This document shows, one piece after another, positions 31,525 through 41,390 of a stretch of 64,000 bases of DNA. How positions within the stretch are numbered: the first letter of the stretch is position 1; every line of letters starts with the position of its first letter. Where the stretch lies: contig JBDLIE010000015.1 of assembly GCA_039715015.1 (NCBI GenBank), positions 1-64,000 of the forward strand. The letters run 5' to 3'. The DNA comes from Thermodesulfobacteriota bacterium. Lineage in GTDB: Bacteria > Desulfobacterota > Desulfobulbia > Desulfobulbales > SURF-16. The notes under the pieces were generated by a model. It was not told where the DNA came from. It was given only the letters and a program-made list of their open reading frames with translations, and searched no databases. Made by a program: the position numbers and the translations under genes.

Positions 31525-31827
31525 ATGGACGAGGCGATTTTTCAAAAGATTCTTCATCTTACGGAGGAGATGGAGCGGCTACTCACGACCACTGAGAGTT
31601 ACGAGGAGTTGGGCCCTGTCCTTGCTAGACGTAAAGAAGCAATTGGAAGCCTGGAGGATGATCCTTCGTTTAATAAACCAGAGGCAGTGTTCTGGCTTAA
31701 GAAGATCAAGACAGCAGAAGAGAGATGTACAGTCCTGGCTGAGGCCAGAAAGGAAAAGGTCCGGAAAGAGCTCTTGGCCATGCAGAATGGCAAGCGGGCC
31801 GTCCACGCCTATAGCAGGCAGGTTTGA
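31525..31827 (+). CDS. FliT-like flagellar protein
   Basis: Helical 100-aa ORF after fliS, ending in AVHAY. Confidence 0.65.
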   Translation: MDEAIFQKILHLTEEMERLLTTTESYEELGPVLARRKEAIGSLEDDPSFNKPEAVFWLKKIKTAEERCTVLAEARKEKVRKELLAMQNGKRAVHAYSRQV

Positions 31828-31943
31828 TATACAATAATCAGGCAGAATGAATTTGAGAAACTGCCTGCTTTAATAAAGTAATGGCCATCAGTTTGGGGGG
31901 GAGGCCCTTAAGCTGATATTTTGAGAGAAGTTGGAGGTTTGTT

Positions 31944-32339
31944 ATGGACGTTAATGTAAGTGCTGATGTGAAGGTCGTTGGTCAGCCCCTGGTTTCGACT
32001 GTCGAAATGAAAGACAAGACGAAGCCGCAAGTTGCCCCTGTTGCCAAGAGTGGTGATACGGCTGAGGGTGCTCTGGATGATCAAGCCCTTCATGGCAAGC
32101 TCAAAGAGGAGTTGAGCCAGCAGGATATGGCAAAGATTGCCGAGGATATCCAGCGTCGTTTTGACTCTATGGGTGCCAGCCTTGGTTTTTCGGTGAACGA
32201 AGAAACTGAGGACATTGTCATGGAGGTCACGGACCGGGAGAGCGGGGATCTTATTCGCCAGATCCCCTCGGAAGAGGTTCTTGCCCTGCGGGCCAAGCTT
32301 GATGAGTTGGTGGGCCTTCTCTTCGACCAAGAGGCGTAG
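31944..32339 (+). CDS. flaG: Flagellar protein FlaG
   Basis: VTDRESGDLIRQIPSEE..GLLFD motif. Confidence 0.92.
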   Translation: MDVNVSADVKVVGQPLVSTVEMKDKTKPQVAPVAKSGDTAEGALDDQALHGKLKEELSQQDMAKIAEDIQRRFDSMGASLGFSVNEETEDIVMEVTDRESGDLIRQIPSEEVLALRAKLDELVGLLFDQEA

Positions 32340-32428
32340 TTTCCTTTAAAGAATGAGTCGTTGCAAAAAGTTGTAGCCGAGAGGTGCGCCTTTTTGCAGA
32401 GGTAAAGAACATAGATGTGTTTCATGTT

Positions 32429-32459
32429 AAAAGACAGTCCTTCTGGGCTGTCTTTTTTT
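32429..32459 (+). terminator. Intrinsic terminator
   Basis: AAAAGACAGTCC-loop-GGGCTGTCTTTTTT. Confidence 0.8.
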
Positions 32460-32560
32460 ATTTTTTTAACAACCTAACTGCTACTCTGTACGTGATTAAG
32501 GATGAAATTCAAAGAAGGATATAAACCGGCTGGCTATCCAGTCAGCGCCTTAAGTTTTCC

Positions 32561-32591
32561 TTGACATAAATCTTGAACTAACTATATATAT
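32561..32591 (+). promoter_or_regulatory. Sigma70-type promoter of sat
   Basis: TTGACA followed 16-18 nt later by a TATATA run, about 185 nt before the ATG. Confidence 0.6.
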
Positions 32592-32775
32592 GCCAGCGAA
32601 AATGAATAATGGTTCATTAGCCCTAGGAGCCATTTTTTTCGATTGGTAGATTTTAGTTAAACGAAGCGCCAACTTACAAGCTTCAGAGTACCTGTTACTC
32701 GTTTGCGCAGGTATTTGGTGAAACTAAAAAAGGCGCGATATATCTTTTAATTTCCATTTTTAAGGAGACCTTCAG

Positions 32776-34053
32776 ATGTCAAAATTAGTAGCCCCCCATG
32801 GCGGTAAAGGACTGGTTTGTGCCCTGTTACACGGCAACGAGCTTGAGGCTGAGATCGAGAAAGCAGCTGGACTGAAAAGAATTGATGTTAGTGCTCGCGC
32901 TAAAGGCGACCTGATCATGATGGGTATCGGTGGTTTCTCCCCCCTTACCGGTTTCATGGGCAAGGCTGACTGGAAAGGCGTTTGTGAGAAATTTCAGATG
33001 GCTGATGGTACCTTCTGGCCTGTGCCGATCACCCTTGACGTTGCCACTGCTGAAGCAGATGCTATTGGCGACGGCGAAGAAGTAGCTCTCTATGCTGATG
33101 GCGAGCTTATGGCTACCATGAAGGTCACCGAGAAGTATGAGATGACCGATGCTGACAAGAAGTGGGAATGTGAGAAGGTCTTCAAAGGCGAAGGCGAAGA
33201 GTCTGAAGGCGACAACTTCTGGAAGATCGCTCCTGAAGATCATCCTGGCGTTATCATGGTTCAGAACCAGAAAGAGGTTAACATTGCCGGTCCTGTTAAG
33301 GTTCTCTCTCAGGGCGAGTATCCTTCTGAGTACAAAGGTGTTTACCTTACTCCTGCTGAGACCCGTGCCATGTTTGAAGAGCGCGGTTGGTCCAACGTTG
33401 CTGCCCTGCAGCTCCGTAACCCCATGCATCGCTCCCATGAGTTCCTGGCCAAGATCGCCATCGAGGTTTGTGACGGCTGTCTGATCCACTCCCTGATCGG
33501 TAACCTCAAAGCTGGTGATATCCCTGCTGAGACCCGCGTTAAGGCCATCGATATTCTTATCGAGAACTACTTTGTTAAGGACAACGTCATCAACGCTGGT
33601 TACCCTCTTGATATGCGTTATGCCGGTCCTCGCGAAGGTCTGCTCCACGCTACCTTCCGTCAGAACTACGGTGTTAACAACATGCTGATCGGTCGTGACC
33701 ATGCTGGTGTTGGTGACTTCTACGGTCTGTTCGAAGCTCAGGAAATCTTTGAGCGTATTCCTACCACCGGTGACGCTGGTAAGGACCTGCAGTGCCGTCC
33801 AATGAAGATCGACTGGACCTTCTACTGCTCCGAGTGTGATGGCATGGCTTCTCTTCGTACCTGTAACCATGACAAAGAGTCCCGCGTTATCCTTTCCGGT
33901 ACCAAGCTTCGTAAGGCCCTTTCCGAAGGCGCTGACATCGTTGACCACTTCGGTCGTGACGAAGTTCTTGACCACCTCAAAGAGTACTATGCAGGCCTGA
34001 CCGAGAAGGTTGAGGTCAAGATGCAGGGTGCTGCTTCTGGTGAGACCATGTAA
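32776..34053 (+). CDS. sat: Sulfate adenylyltransferase (ATP sulfurylase)
   Basis: [33 protein letters not shown]; strong codon bias. Confidence 0.97.
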   Translation: MSKLVAPHGGKGLVCALLHGNELEAEIEKAAGLKRIDVSARAKGDLIMMGIGGFSPLTGFMGKADWKGVCEKFQMADGTFWPVPITLDVATAEADAIGDGEEVALYADGELMATMKVTEKYEMTDADKKWECEKVFKGEGEESEGDNFWKIAPEDHPGVIMVQNQKEVNIAGPVKVLSQGEYPSEYKGVYLTPAETRAMFEERGWSNVAALQLRNPMHRSHEFLAKIAIEVCDGCLIHSLIGNLKAGDIPAETRVKAIDILIENYFVKDNVINAGYPLDMRYAGPREGLLHATFRQNYGVNNMLIGRDHAGVGDFYGLFEAQEIFERIPTTGDAGKDLQCRPMKIDWTFYCSECDGMASLRTCNHDKESRVILSGTKLRKALSEGADIVDHFGRDEVLDHLKEYYAGLTEKVEVKMQGAASGETM

Positions 34054-34084
34054 CAAACCAGCACGTAGCTGATTTTTACTGCAT

Positions 34085-34123
34085 AAAAAAAGGGAGACGT
34101 CTTTATGACGCCTCCCTTTTTTT
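34085..34123. terminator. Bidirectional intrinsic terminator
   Basis: A-run-GGGAGACGTC..GACGCCTCCC-T-run. Confidence 0.85.
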
Positions 34124-34259
34124 ATGCCTTGAGCATCATCGCTGGTTATGAATTGAAATTCCCTCGCCCCTTTGGGGAGAGGGGGATAAGCGGAAAGGAG
34201 AAGTCCTCTCACTGGGCGAGGATGCCAGCGGATAGAGGATTGCGCAGGGCTGGAGGCGG

Positions 34260-34703
34260 TTACTTCAAAGAAACCATCTCCCCATCCTTGCTGAACTGAA
34301 GTTTGTCCTCCTTGGCCAGCCAGCCGATGGCAGCCAGAACGTTGGCTTTGCTGTTTTTCTTCTGCATGATGGCGTTGATCAGGCGGGTGGTAGGTACCAG
34401 ACCATTTTTTTTGAGATACTTGTGGATCTCGCCGGCAGTTAATCCGAACTGGTCGATGATGGTTAACTTCTTGGCTGCCTTGAAGGGGGGGGCTGTTTTT
34501 TTGCCTTCAGGTGTTTTCTTGGGAGCTTTCATTTTGTTGACTGCATCCATGGCCTCGTGGGCCCGCTTGGAAACCTTGCCAACGAGGTCTTCAACCTTTT
34601 TCTGGGCCACTTTGCCAGCTGATTCAGCCTTGAATGTTGAACGGGCCAGAGCCTTGCCAACCTTTTCGGTAGTCTTCGTAAGTTTAGTTTTTTTTGCTGT
34701 CAT
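34260..34703 (-). CDS. Lys-rich protein with a C-terminal winged-helix (DUF2582-like) domain
   Basis: FGLTAGEIHKYL...LAAIGWLAKEDKL; very basic N-terminal half; GAGG RBS before 34703. Confidence 0.75.
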   Translation of the reverse strand: MTAKKTKLTKTTEKVGKALARSTFKAESAGKVAQKKVEDLVGKVSKRAHEAMDAVNKMKAPKKTPEGKKTAPPFKAAKKLTIIDQFGLTAGEIHKYLKKNGLVPTTRLINAIMQKKNSKANVLAAIGWLAKEDKLQFSKDGEMVSLK

Positions 34704-34951
34704 ATGAGGCCTCATTGTCATTATGTTGTTTGTTGCCTGGGGTACCTCTAAATTTATAGTGAACCTCGAGATCATTCTTGTCAAGAATGACATTATGGCT
34801 ACCACTTAAAAAATGACAATCGTTTCAATGATATGTTATTAATAATAGATACATATTTATAAAGTTATGCTGTCCTGACTGGTCAGGGTTGGAAGTGTTG
34901 CTGCATGACTGGCAGGGCAATGATAATTAAGAAAACAAAAACGGTGGAAGC

Positions 34952-36025
34952 ATGAAGCAGCTCCAGGTTGGCTTAGAGGATCGTGCCTATCCGATATTGA
35001 TCAAGGAAGGACTCCTTGGCGAGATTGGTCAGGAACTTAAACTCAGGCAAATCGCCAAACGCTATATTATTATTGCTGATGACAACGTGGCCCAAATTTT
35101 TGGCGGCCATCTCGTTGAATCTTTAAGGAATGTTGATATCCCCGTTGATCTGCTGACCTTTCCCCATGGTGAGGCCAGCAAGACTCTGGCCACGGTGGAG
35201 AAACTATCCAGTGACCTTGCTCAGCTTGGTGTTGATCGCCAGGATGCTCTGATTGCCTTAGGCGGCGGTGTTACCGGTGATATTACCGGTTTTTTAGCAG
35301 CCATTTATATGCGGGGTATCTCCTTTGTTCAGGTGCCAACCAGCCTGCTTGCTCAGGTTGACAGCTCTGTGGGAGGTAAAACCGGGGTGGATATCCCTGA
35401 GGGTAAAAACTTGGTCGGATGTTTTTACCAGCCCAAATGCGTCTTTATCGACAGCGCTGTTTTAAAAGAGCTTCCCCGTGAGGAGTTGCTTAATGGCTTA
35501 GCAGAAGTGGTTAAATATGGCGTTATCTATGATTCAGACTTTTTTAACTTCCTGGCCACTAATCAAAAGAGCATCCTTGCCCTGGAACCTACAGTGGTGG
35601 AGGCGGTGATTGCCCACTGTTGTACAATCAAAGGCCAGGTGGTTGAGGCTGACGAGCGAGAGGCGGACCTGCGGCGTATCTTAAACTATGGACATACTCT
35701 GGGGCATGCCGTTGAGGCCGCTTCAAATTTTTCCATTGCCCATGGTGTGGCCGTGAGCATGGGTATGGCGGCGGTTAATAAAATTTCGGTGAAGAAAAGT
35801 CTTTTGGCTGAAGATAAGGCCCAGCGCATAAATGATGTTCTGCAGGGATTTGGATTACCCGTCGATATCCCGGCTGACCTTGACCGCAAACAGATGAAAG
35901 AGTTTCTAAAGACCGATAAAAAAAGTGTAAACGGTAAGCCGTTTTTCATCCTGCCCATTCAGATCGGCAAAGTCATCATCAGTGATGATGTTGATGAGTC
36001 CTTGGTTGAAGAGGCCTTTGGCTAA
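34952..36025 (+). CDS. aroB: 3-dehydroquinate synthase
   Basis: GGGVTGD, PTSLLAQVDSSVGGKTG, LNYGHTLGHA. Confidence 0.96.
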   Translation: MKQLQVGLEDRAYPILIKEGLLGEIGQELKLRQIAKRYIIIADDNVAQIFGGHLVESLRNVDIPVDLLTFPHGEASKTLATVEKLSSDLAQLGVDRQDALIALGGGVTGDITGFLAAIYMRGISFVQVPTSLLAQVDSSVGGKTGVDIPEGKNLVGCFYQPKCVFIDSAVLKELPREELLNGLAEVVKYGVIYDSDFFNFLATNQKSILALEPTVVEAVIAHCCTIKGQVVEADEREADLRRILNYGHTLGHAVEAASNFSIAHGVAVSMGMAAVNKISVKKSLLAEDKAQRINDVLQGFGLPVDIPADLDRKQMKEFLKTDKKSVNGKPFFILPIQIGKVIISDDVDESLVEEAFG

Positions 36026-36044
36026 AGGGGCAACAACCGCCAGG

Positions 36045-37241
36045 TTAATCGTCATCAACAGCGCAGCGAAAGCCAATGGTGTTGGACCAAGTGGTGGCCG
36101 GTTCAATCAGGCGCTCAGCGCATGATGTCTGCGAGGAGGCCCATGAGCCTCCCTTCAAAATAGAGAGATCTTTTCCTCTCTGCCTTTCATAATAAGTGGC
36201 TGTCCACTCAAAAACATTGCCGAGCATATCCAAGAGCCCAAATGGGCTCATGGATTGTCTGCCGAAGGAGGTAATAGGCGTTGTGGAGCCTGCCTGGTGG
36301 CTTCCCAGATTGGCTAAGGGTAGATAGTCATTGCCCCAGGGGAAGAGAAAAGCCTCTAAGCCGCGGGCAGCGGCCTCCCATTCATCTTCAGTTGGCAGAC
36401 GTTTTCCTGCCCAAGCTGCAAACGCCATGGCATCTAACCGGCTGACCTGGACCACGGGATGTTGCCCTCTGTTCTCAAGTGAACTGCCGGGCCCCTCGGG
36501 GTGGCGCCAGTTGGCACCTTTGAGCTGGCGGCTGATGACCCCTTTACTGATGGTTAAAGAATGGCGGCCTGTTTCCTGCTGTAGGCTGCTGGCCAGGCGC
36601 CCGGATGTAACAAGACCGTATCCCTGCTGCTCGGCCTCTGTTACGTAGCCCGTTTCCCTGATGAAAAAGTCATAGAGGTCATTAGTTATGGGCAGCTGGC
36701 CAATATAAAAAACGGGTACAGGGCATTTTTGAGCGGGCCGGGCTGTTCTGCGCTGCTTGCCGCCACCAAGCAGGTATGTGTCACCGGGGATTTTGATGAA
36801 TTTCGGCATAAAACGTTCGAGAATCTGCTGGGCATATTCATCGTTACTTTCCTGTAAAATATCAGGGAGGTTAACAAGGGCTTCTTCCGGCTCAATATAT
36901 TGAGAAAGGTCCACGGATTTCTGGGCGGCTTTGTCATCTTCTTCGAGAATCTCTCCAAAGCCGGAGATATCTCTCTCTCCATCACCTACTTCTCCTCCTC
37001 CATCAATATTATCGAGGTCTGCCGCGGCAATTTCTAAAAGACCGGCGGGCAGAGCCTCTTCCTGGGCAGTGTCTTCAGTTGTTTCTTCTTCAAAAAGCCC
37101 CTGGTATTCCTCCTCTTCTACTTCGAGAAGATCTGTGTCCGTGATCTCTTCCTCGACAATTTCAAAATCATCCTCAACAGTATCAAGTGGCTCTGTGCCT
37201 TCAGGGGGATAAAGGCTTCCACCTTCCTCAATCTCACCATG
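36045..37241 (-). CDS. Formylglycine-generating-enzyme (SUMF1)-family domain protein with an acidic linker; 5' end apparently missing
   Basis: NWRHPEGP, HPVVQVS, KRLPTEDEWE, DMLGNVFEW, IGFRC; the frame stays open and acidic for about 110 codons upstream of the GTG at 36914. Confidence 0.8.
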   Translation of the reverse strand, partial: HGEIEEGGSLYPPEGTEPLDTVEDDFEIVEEEITDTDLLEVEEEEYQGLFEEETTEDTAQEEALPAGLLEIAAADLDNIDGGGEVGDGERDISGFGEILEEDDKAAQKSVDLSQYIEPEEALVNLPDILQESNDEYAQQILERFMPKFIKIPGDTYLLGGGKQRRTARPAQKCPVPVFYIGQLPITNDLYDFFIRETGYVTEAEQQGYGLVTSGRLASSLQQETGRHSLTISKGVISRQLKGANWRHPEGPGSSLENRGQHPVVQVSRLDAMAFAAWAGKRLPTEDEWEAAARGLEAFLFPWGNDYLPLANLGSHQAGSTTPITSFGRQSMSPFGLLDMLGNVFEWTATYYERQRGKDLSILKGGSWASSQTSCAERLIEPATTWSNTIGFRCAVDDD

Positions 37242-38297
37242 CAGGGTAAGGTGTTGGTGAAAAGGAAGGAGGGGCCTGGTGGGCTCGCCACTGCCAAGAA
37301 GAAGTCAGGCAGCATTATTAAAGGAGGTAGCCCTTTAGCTAGCCAAGAGAAAAAGGTTCTTCCTGGTAAGCTAGAAGAGAAAGTTGAGAGTCCCGACGCT
37401 GATCAGATTGCTGTTGAAGCTGAGCTGGCCCCTTTTCTTGCTGGGCAGGAAAAGGGTGTTGATGCTGCTCATGATCGTCCTGGAAAAGGTATGGAGGCAG
37501 AACCTGATCTCTCTCCAGATCAAGCGATTTCGCCTGTGGGTGAGGCTGTTGTTTCAGATGAGCAAGATAAGGCCGCGGACACAAAGGAGGCGCCAGATTC
37601 TCAGGAAGGTTTCGTAGAGATCGCTGATGCTGAAAAGGTTGGCGAGGATGATGGCAATGGTGCGGTCTTTGAAGAGGCGGAGACCGATCTTCACCCTGTG
37701 GATCTTTCCGAAGAAGAAACTCCCGTGCCTCCTTTTGAACCCGAAGAACAGGTGGTCCGGGCCCAAGCCGTTCCTGAAGTTGTTGAAAAGAAAGATGAAG
37801 AGGTTGTAACAAGGGTCTGTCCAGAATGCGGCAAAACCATGATTGTTAAGGGGGACCGTTTTGGTTTGTACTGGGCCTGTACCGATTTACCTGCCTGTCG
37901 CTACATCGAAAAATGCAAAGAGGGAGATGGTGCTGATGCAACCGTATGCCCCCTCTGCCGCCAGTCCCGGCTTGCTGTGAAGAAAACACCTGCTGGGAAG
38001 GATATGTTTGTTTGTCCCGGGCATTCCTGCGAATTTATGGCCTGGTCCAGGCCCCATGCCATCCATTGTCCTCTCTGTAGTTCGCCTTTTTTGGTGGAGA
38101 AAAAGGAGATCAGCGGTGAGACTATTCTTCGCTGTCCTAAGGCAGGATGCCGTTATTCTCAGGGAGCCGATGGCCGCCAACAGTCAGCCAAGGCGCCAGT
38201 TAAGAAGAAAAAGGTGGTTGTCCGCCGCAAGAAGGGAAGCGGTACCGGTACCGGCGGCGGCAAACGGAAAGTGGTGGTGCGCCGCCGCAAGAAATGA
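37239..38297 (+). CDS. Topoisomerase C4 zinc-ribbon domain protein with an acidic linker and basic tail
   Basis: CPECGK..C..P.C, CPLC..C..C and CPLC..C..C repeats; no RBS visible before the ATG. Confidence 0.8.
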   Translation: MQGKVLVKRKEGPGGLATAKKKSGSIIKGGSPLASQEKKVLPGKLEEKVESPDADQIAVEAELAPFLAGQEKGVDAAHDRPGKGMEAEPDLSPDQAISPVGEAVVSDEQDKAADTKEAPDSQEGFVEIADAEKVGEDDGNGAVFEEAETDLHPVDLSEEETPVPPFEPEEQVVRAQAVPEVVEKKDEEVVTRVCPECGKTMIVKGDRFGLYWACTDLPACRYIEKCKEGDGADATVCPLCRQSRLAVKKTPAGKDMFVCPGHSCEFMAWSRPHAIHCPLCSSPFLVEKKEISGETILRCPKAGCRYSQGADGRQQSAKAPVKKKKVVVRRKKGSGTGTGGGKRKVVVRRRKK

Positions 38298-38326
38298 GGA
38301 GAGTTGAAGCGAAGCCCATATTTTGT

Positions 38327-38550
38327 TCTGATTAGCATCGAATCTCAGCACCTTCCTAGGATGATGCCGTGGGAGCACCCCAAGGGTATTCGAACTCTTC
38401 GCTTATCTCCTGCGGGGCACCCGACCCTCCGGACGATAAAGAGACAATTGTCACTCGTCAGGCCGTCCATCGCTCACAGGGGTGAGCTCCTACAGGTCCC
38501 TATTGGTCGCTTGATGATGAGATAATGGCTGAAACATGGTGGTCGTCAGA
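38327..38550 (+). repeat. 224-bp non-coding dispersed element, copy 2
   Basis: Near-identical to the reverse complement of 24965-25188. Confidence 0.9.
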
Positions 38551-38560
38551 TATTTTTTTT

Positions 38561-38595
38561 GCCACGGAATCCATGGAATCCACGGATTCCGTGGC
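38561..38595. repeat. CCACGGAA-type palindrome
   Basis: GCCACGGAATCC / GGATTCCGTGGC 12-bp inverted repeat. Confidence 0.8.
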
Positions 38596-38626
38596 CACCG
38601 CTTTTGTAAGACAGCCCCGTGCTTAT

Positions 38627-39202
38627 TTATTGGTGAATCTTCTTTAATAACCAGGCCATGTTCTCGCCCAAGATACGCATGGTCTCCATGCCTTCTTTGT
38701 CATCCTTGACATCTCCAGGCTTGAGACCCACTCCCATATTCCAGTAGCTTGAGCTGGGGACCACCATTTCCGAGATGGTGAAGAGATGGTTCATGGTGTC
38801 AAAGACATTCACTGAGCCGGCCCGGCGCATGGCCACCACTCCGGCGCCCACCTTACGTTTGAAGAGGCTGCCGTTGACCCTGGCCACATATCCGGCTCTG
38901 TCGATGAGGGCCTTAATCTCCGTTGATACCGTGGCAAAATAGGTGGGAGAGCCGAGAAGAATGCCATCGGCGGCAATCATCTTCTCAATATACTCGTTCA
39001 TGTTGTCGTCATCATTGGCGCAGCGTTTGTTTTTCTCTTTCAGGCATTTCATGCAGGCCACGCAGCCCCGAAGCGGCTGGCCGCCAATCTGGACAAATTC
39101 GGTTTCAATACCCTCTTTTTCAAGTTCATCAAGAACCGCGCTGATGAGAATCGATGTGTTGCCTGTCTTGCGGGGACTACCGTTAAATGCGACGACTTTC
39201 AT
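38627..39202 (-). CDS. Iron-sulfur flavoprotein (NADPH-dependent FMN reductase/flavodoxin-like family)
   Basis: FNGSPRKTGNT, GCVACMKC..C, GSPTYF. Confidence 0.9.
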   Translation of the reverse strand: MKVVAFNGSPRKTGNTSILISAVLDELEKEGIETEFVQIGGQPLRGCVACMKCLKEKNKRCANDDDNMNEYIEKMIAADGILLGSPTYFATVSTEIKALIDRAGYVARVNGSLFKRKVGAGVVAMRRAGSVNVFDTMNHLFTISEMVVPSSSYWNMGVGLKPGDVKDDKEGMETMRILGENMAWLLKKIHQ

Positions 39203-39298
39203 GGGATGCTCCTTTTGAGTCTTTAAATGGCCGAGGTCTGTTTTTTTATATTTCAGTAAGAGACAGAGACCACGGCCACCTGTTGATCAATTTTTTGT

Positions 39299-40564
39299 TT
39301 ATGCCTGTAGCAAATAGAGGTTGCCTGCGATCCATTCTCCTTTTTCCTTGCGGATGTTCGCTGCTGTAACATTAATTACGGCAAGGCCGTTGTTCTCGGC
39401 TATCTGCCTGATATAGTTTTCAGCGTGGCCATAGCGGCCTGTTTCTTTCAAGGAAAAGTCTTGGTCGGCAAGTTCTGTTGAAAAGAGAAAGAGGGCGTCG
39501 GCATGGGCTCTATCTTTTACCAGGCTGAAGATGTCGTCGAGGTCGCCAATGTAGACGAAAACATCGGCCGCCAGAAAGAGATCAAACGACCCTTGGCTCT
39601 CCTTGAGGAATGAGCAGATATCTGTTTCGTGGAGGCTGGTGTACAGGCCTTTCTGTTCGGCCAAGGCCAGCATCTTAGGGGAGAGGTCCAGGCCGATGAG
39701 TTTGTCGGTCACGTCATGAAAGGCCTCGCCGGCCAGCCCGGTGCCGCAACCCATATCCAGGGCGCTTTCAAAACGGCGGTTATCTGTGCCCGCAAGCATT
39801 TCTCTTAGCAGGGCAGGGGTGGTGTAGCCCAGCTTGGCCACCAGGCTCTCGTCATAGTTGTCGGAAAAGCTGTCAAAGACATCACGGACATAGGCACCAG
39901 GAGCGGTGGCCGTGGTTTCGCCGCTAAGCGCTGCCAGCATATGCGCAGCCATGGTGGCGTTATGGCCCAGGGCAACCAATTTTTTGTAAGTGGCAATGGC
40001 CTTCTTGCTTTCCCCCTCTTTATGGTAGAGGTAGCCTAGATTGTTTAAAGACTGAGCATGGTTCGGATTAATTTCCAGGACTTGCTCAAAGGCCCTGATG
40101 CTGTGAGCTGACTGGCCCATATCTTTATACAGGACACCTATATTGTACAGGGCGTCATGGTCGCCGGGGCTTAAGCTCAGGACCTTTTTATAGCAGTCTA
40201 ATGCTTTGTCAAACTGCCTTAGCTTTTTCCAGGTCAGGCCAAGGTTGAAGAAGATGTCCCCATCATCAGGGCAGAGCTTGGCCGCCTCTTGGTAGGCCTT
40301 CGCTGCTTTGGAAAAGTCTCCTTGCTCAAAGAAGATGACCCCCAGATTATAATGGGCCGGCGCGGCCTCTGGGGCCAAGGATACGGTGCGGCTGAACCAG
40401 TGGCCAGCCTCATTAATATCGCCTTTTTCAAAATAGAGGAGGGCGAGAAGATAGCAGAGTTGCGGGTTGTCAGGCTCATCGGCAAGCAAAGTCTGGTAAC
40501 CGGTCAGAGCCTGGTGGAAATCTCCATTCTGATGGAACTGACGTGTTTGCTCGAAAAGATTCAT
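39299..40564 (-). CDS. TPR-repeat protein with a C-terminal SAM-dependent methyltransferase domain
   Basis: Multiple TPR repeats; LDMGCGTGL; AADVFVYIGDL; TGRYGH. Confidence 0.9.
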   Translation of the reverse strand: MNLFEQTRQFHQNGDFHQALTGYQTLLADEPDNPQLCYLLALLYFEKGDINEAGHWFSRTVSLAPEAAPAHYNLGVIFFEQGDFSKAAKAYQEAAKLCPDDGDIFFNLGLTWKKLRQFDKALDCYKKVLSLSPGDHDALYNIGVLYKDMGQSAHSIRAFEQVLEINPNHAQSLNNLGYLYHKEGESKKAIATYKKLVALGHNATMAAHMLAALSGETTATAPGAYVRDVFDSFSDNYDESLVAKLGYTTPALLREMLAGTDNRRFESALDMGCGTGLAGEAFHDVTDKLIGLDLSPKMLALAEQKGLYTSLHETDICSFLKESQGSFDLFLAADVFVYIGDLDDIFSLVKDRAHADALFLFSTELADQDFSLKETGRYGHAENYIRQIAENNGLAVINVTAANIRKEKGEWIAGNLYLLQA

Positions 40565-40569
40565 AGCTG

Positions 40570-41367
40570 TTATTTTATGGCAGCAATATAGGTGCTGAGC
40601 TGCTCTGCCATCTCATGGTTGTCAAGGAGGAGGCTCATCTCATGGTTAAAGGTCAGGGCCGAATGGGATAAATTATGGCTGCCAACAAAACAGAAGCGGT
40701 TGTCAATTATGACCATTTTGGTGTGGGTGGTCTTGCCGGGGGAGTCAAAGCGGACATCGATGTTGTTTTTCTCAAGTGTTGCTGCGACCCGCTGGTTTTC
40801 GCTATTTATGGAGTCGCTATATCCCGATTTTTCGAGAACCACCTGAACCTGCACCCCGCGTTTCCTGGCCCTGATCAGTTCAGTCACCAATTGGGCTGGC
40901 CTGTTGTTGGCAGAATCGGTGGTTTTGAAGAGGAACATGGCCAGCTCTATGCGCTGGCCTGCCGATTTTATGAAGTTAATAAGAACGGGAAAATAGTGGC
41001 CATCAGCCAGGAGCATGGTCTGGCCCCGGCCCAGGACAAAGGTCTGAACCTTTGACACGGCATCGGGCCGGTTGGCAAGGGTGATATGGGGGCGAACCGC
41101 CTCCAGAGATTTGGGGCCGATGGACTCAACCTCAAGCAGGGTGTCTATGTCCCGGAAAGGACCGTGGAGACGGCGGTATTTGACAATGGCCTGGGCCCGG
41201 GCCGTACCGATATAGGGCAGGGTGGTGAGTTCTTCCTCCGAGGCGGTGTTGATATTAACAGGGCCAGCCAGGGCTGAGGAAAGAAAAATGATGAAGTATG
41301 AAGGGAGAAGGATGAAAAAAAAGAGAAACCACCGACCTTGAGAGTTATACCATCTTGCATCTTTCAT
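40570..41367 (-). CDS. Exported ComEA-type helix-hairpin-helix plus PLD-family nuclease fusion
   Basis: Signal peptide; VNINTASEEELTTLPYIG..GPF..L..V..IG; single HKD motif HTKMVIID..FVGSHN. Confidence 0.88.
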   Translation of the reverse strand: MKDARWYNSQGRWFLFFFILLPSYFIIFLSSALAGPVNINTASEEELTTLPYIGTARAQAIVKYRRLHGPFRDIDTLLEVESIGPKSLEAVRPHITLANRPDAVSKVQTFVLGRGQTMLLADGHYFPVLINFIKSAGQRIELAMFLFKTTDSANNRPAQLVTELIRARKRGVQVQVVLEKSGYSDSINSENQRVAATLEKNNIDVRFDSPGKTTHTKMVIIDNRFCFVGSHNLSHSALTFNHEMSLLLDNHEMAEQLSTYIAAIK

Positions 41368-41390
41368 AATTCTACCTTCATCCTTTAAAT

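Noticed and set aside
32500..32775. Rex operator upstream of sat
   Set aside because: No convincing TTGTGAA-N4-TTCACAA-like palindrome was seen.
32827..34212. 461-aa antisense ORF over sat (also 46363-47340 over dsrA and 59327-60253 over secA)
   Set aside because: These are shadow ORFs produced by the codon bias of well-conserved genes, with no recognisable motifs.
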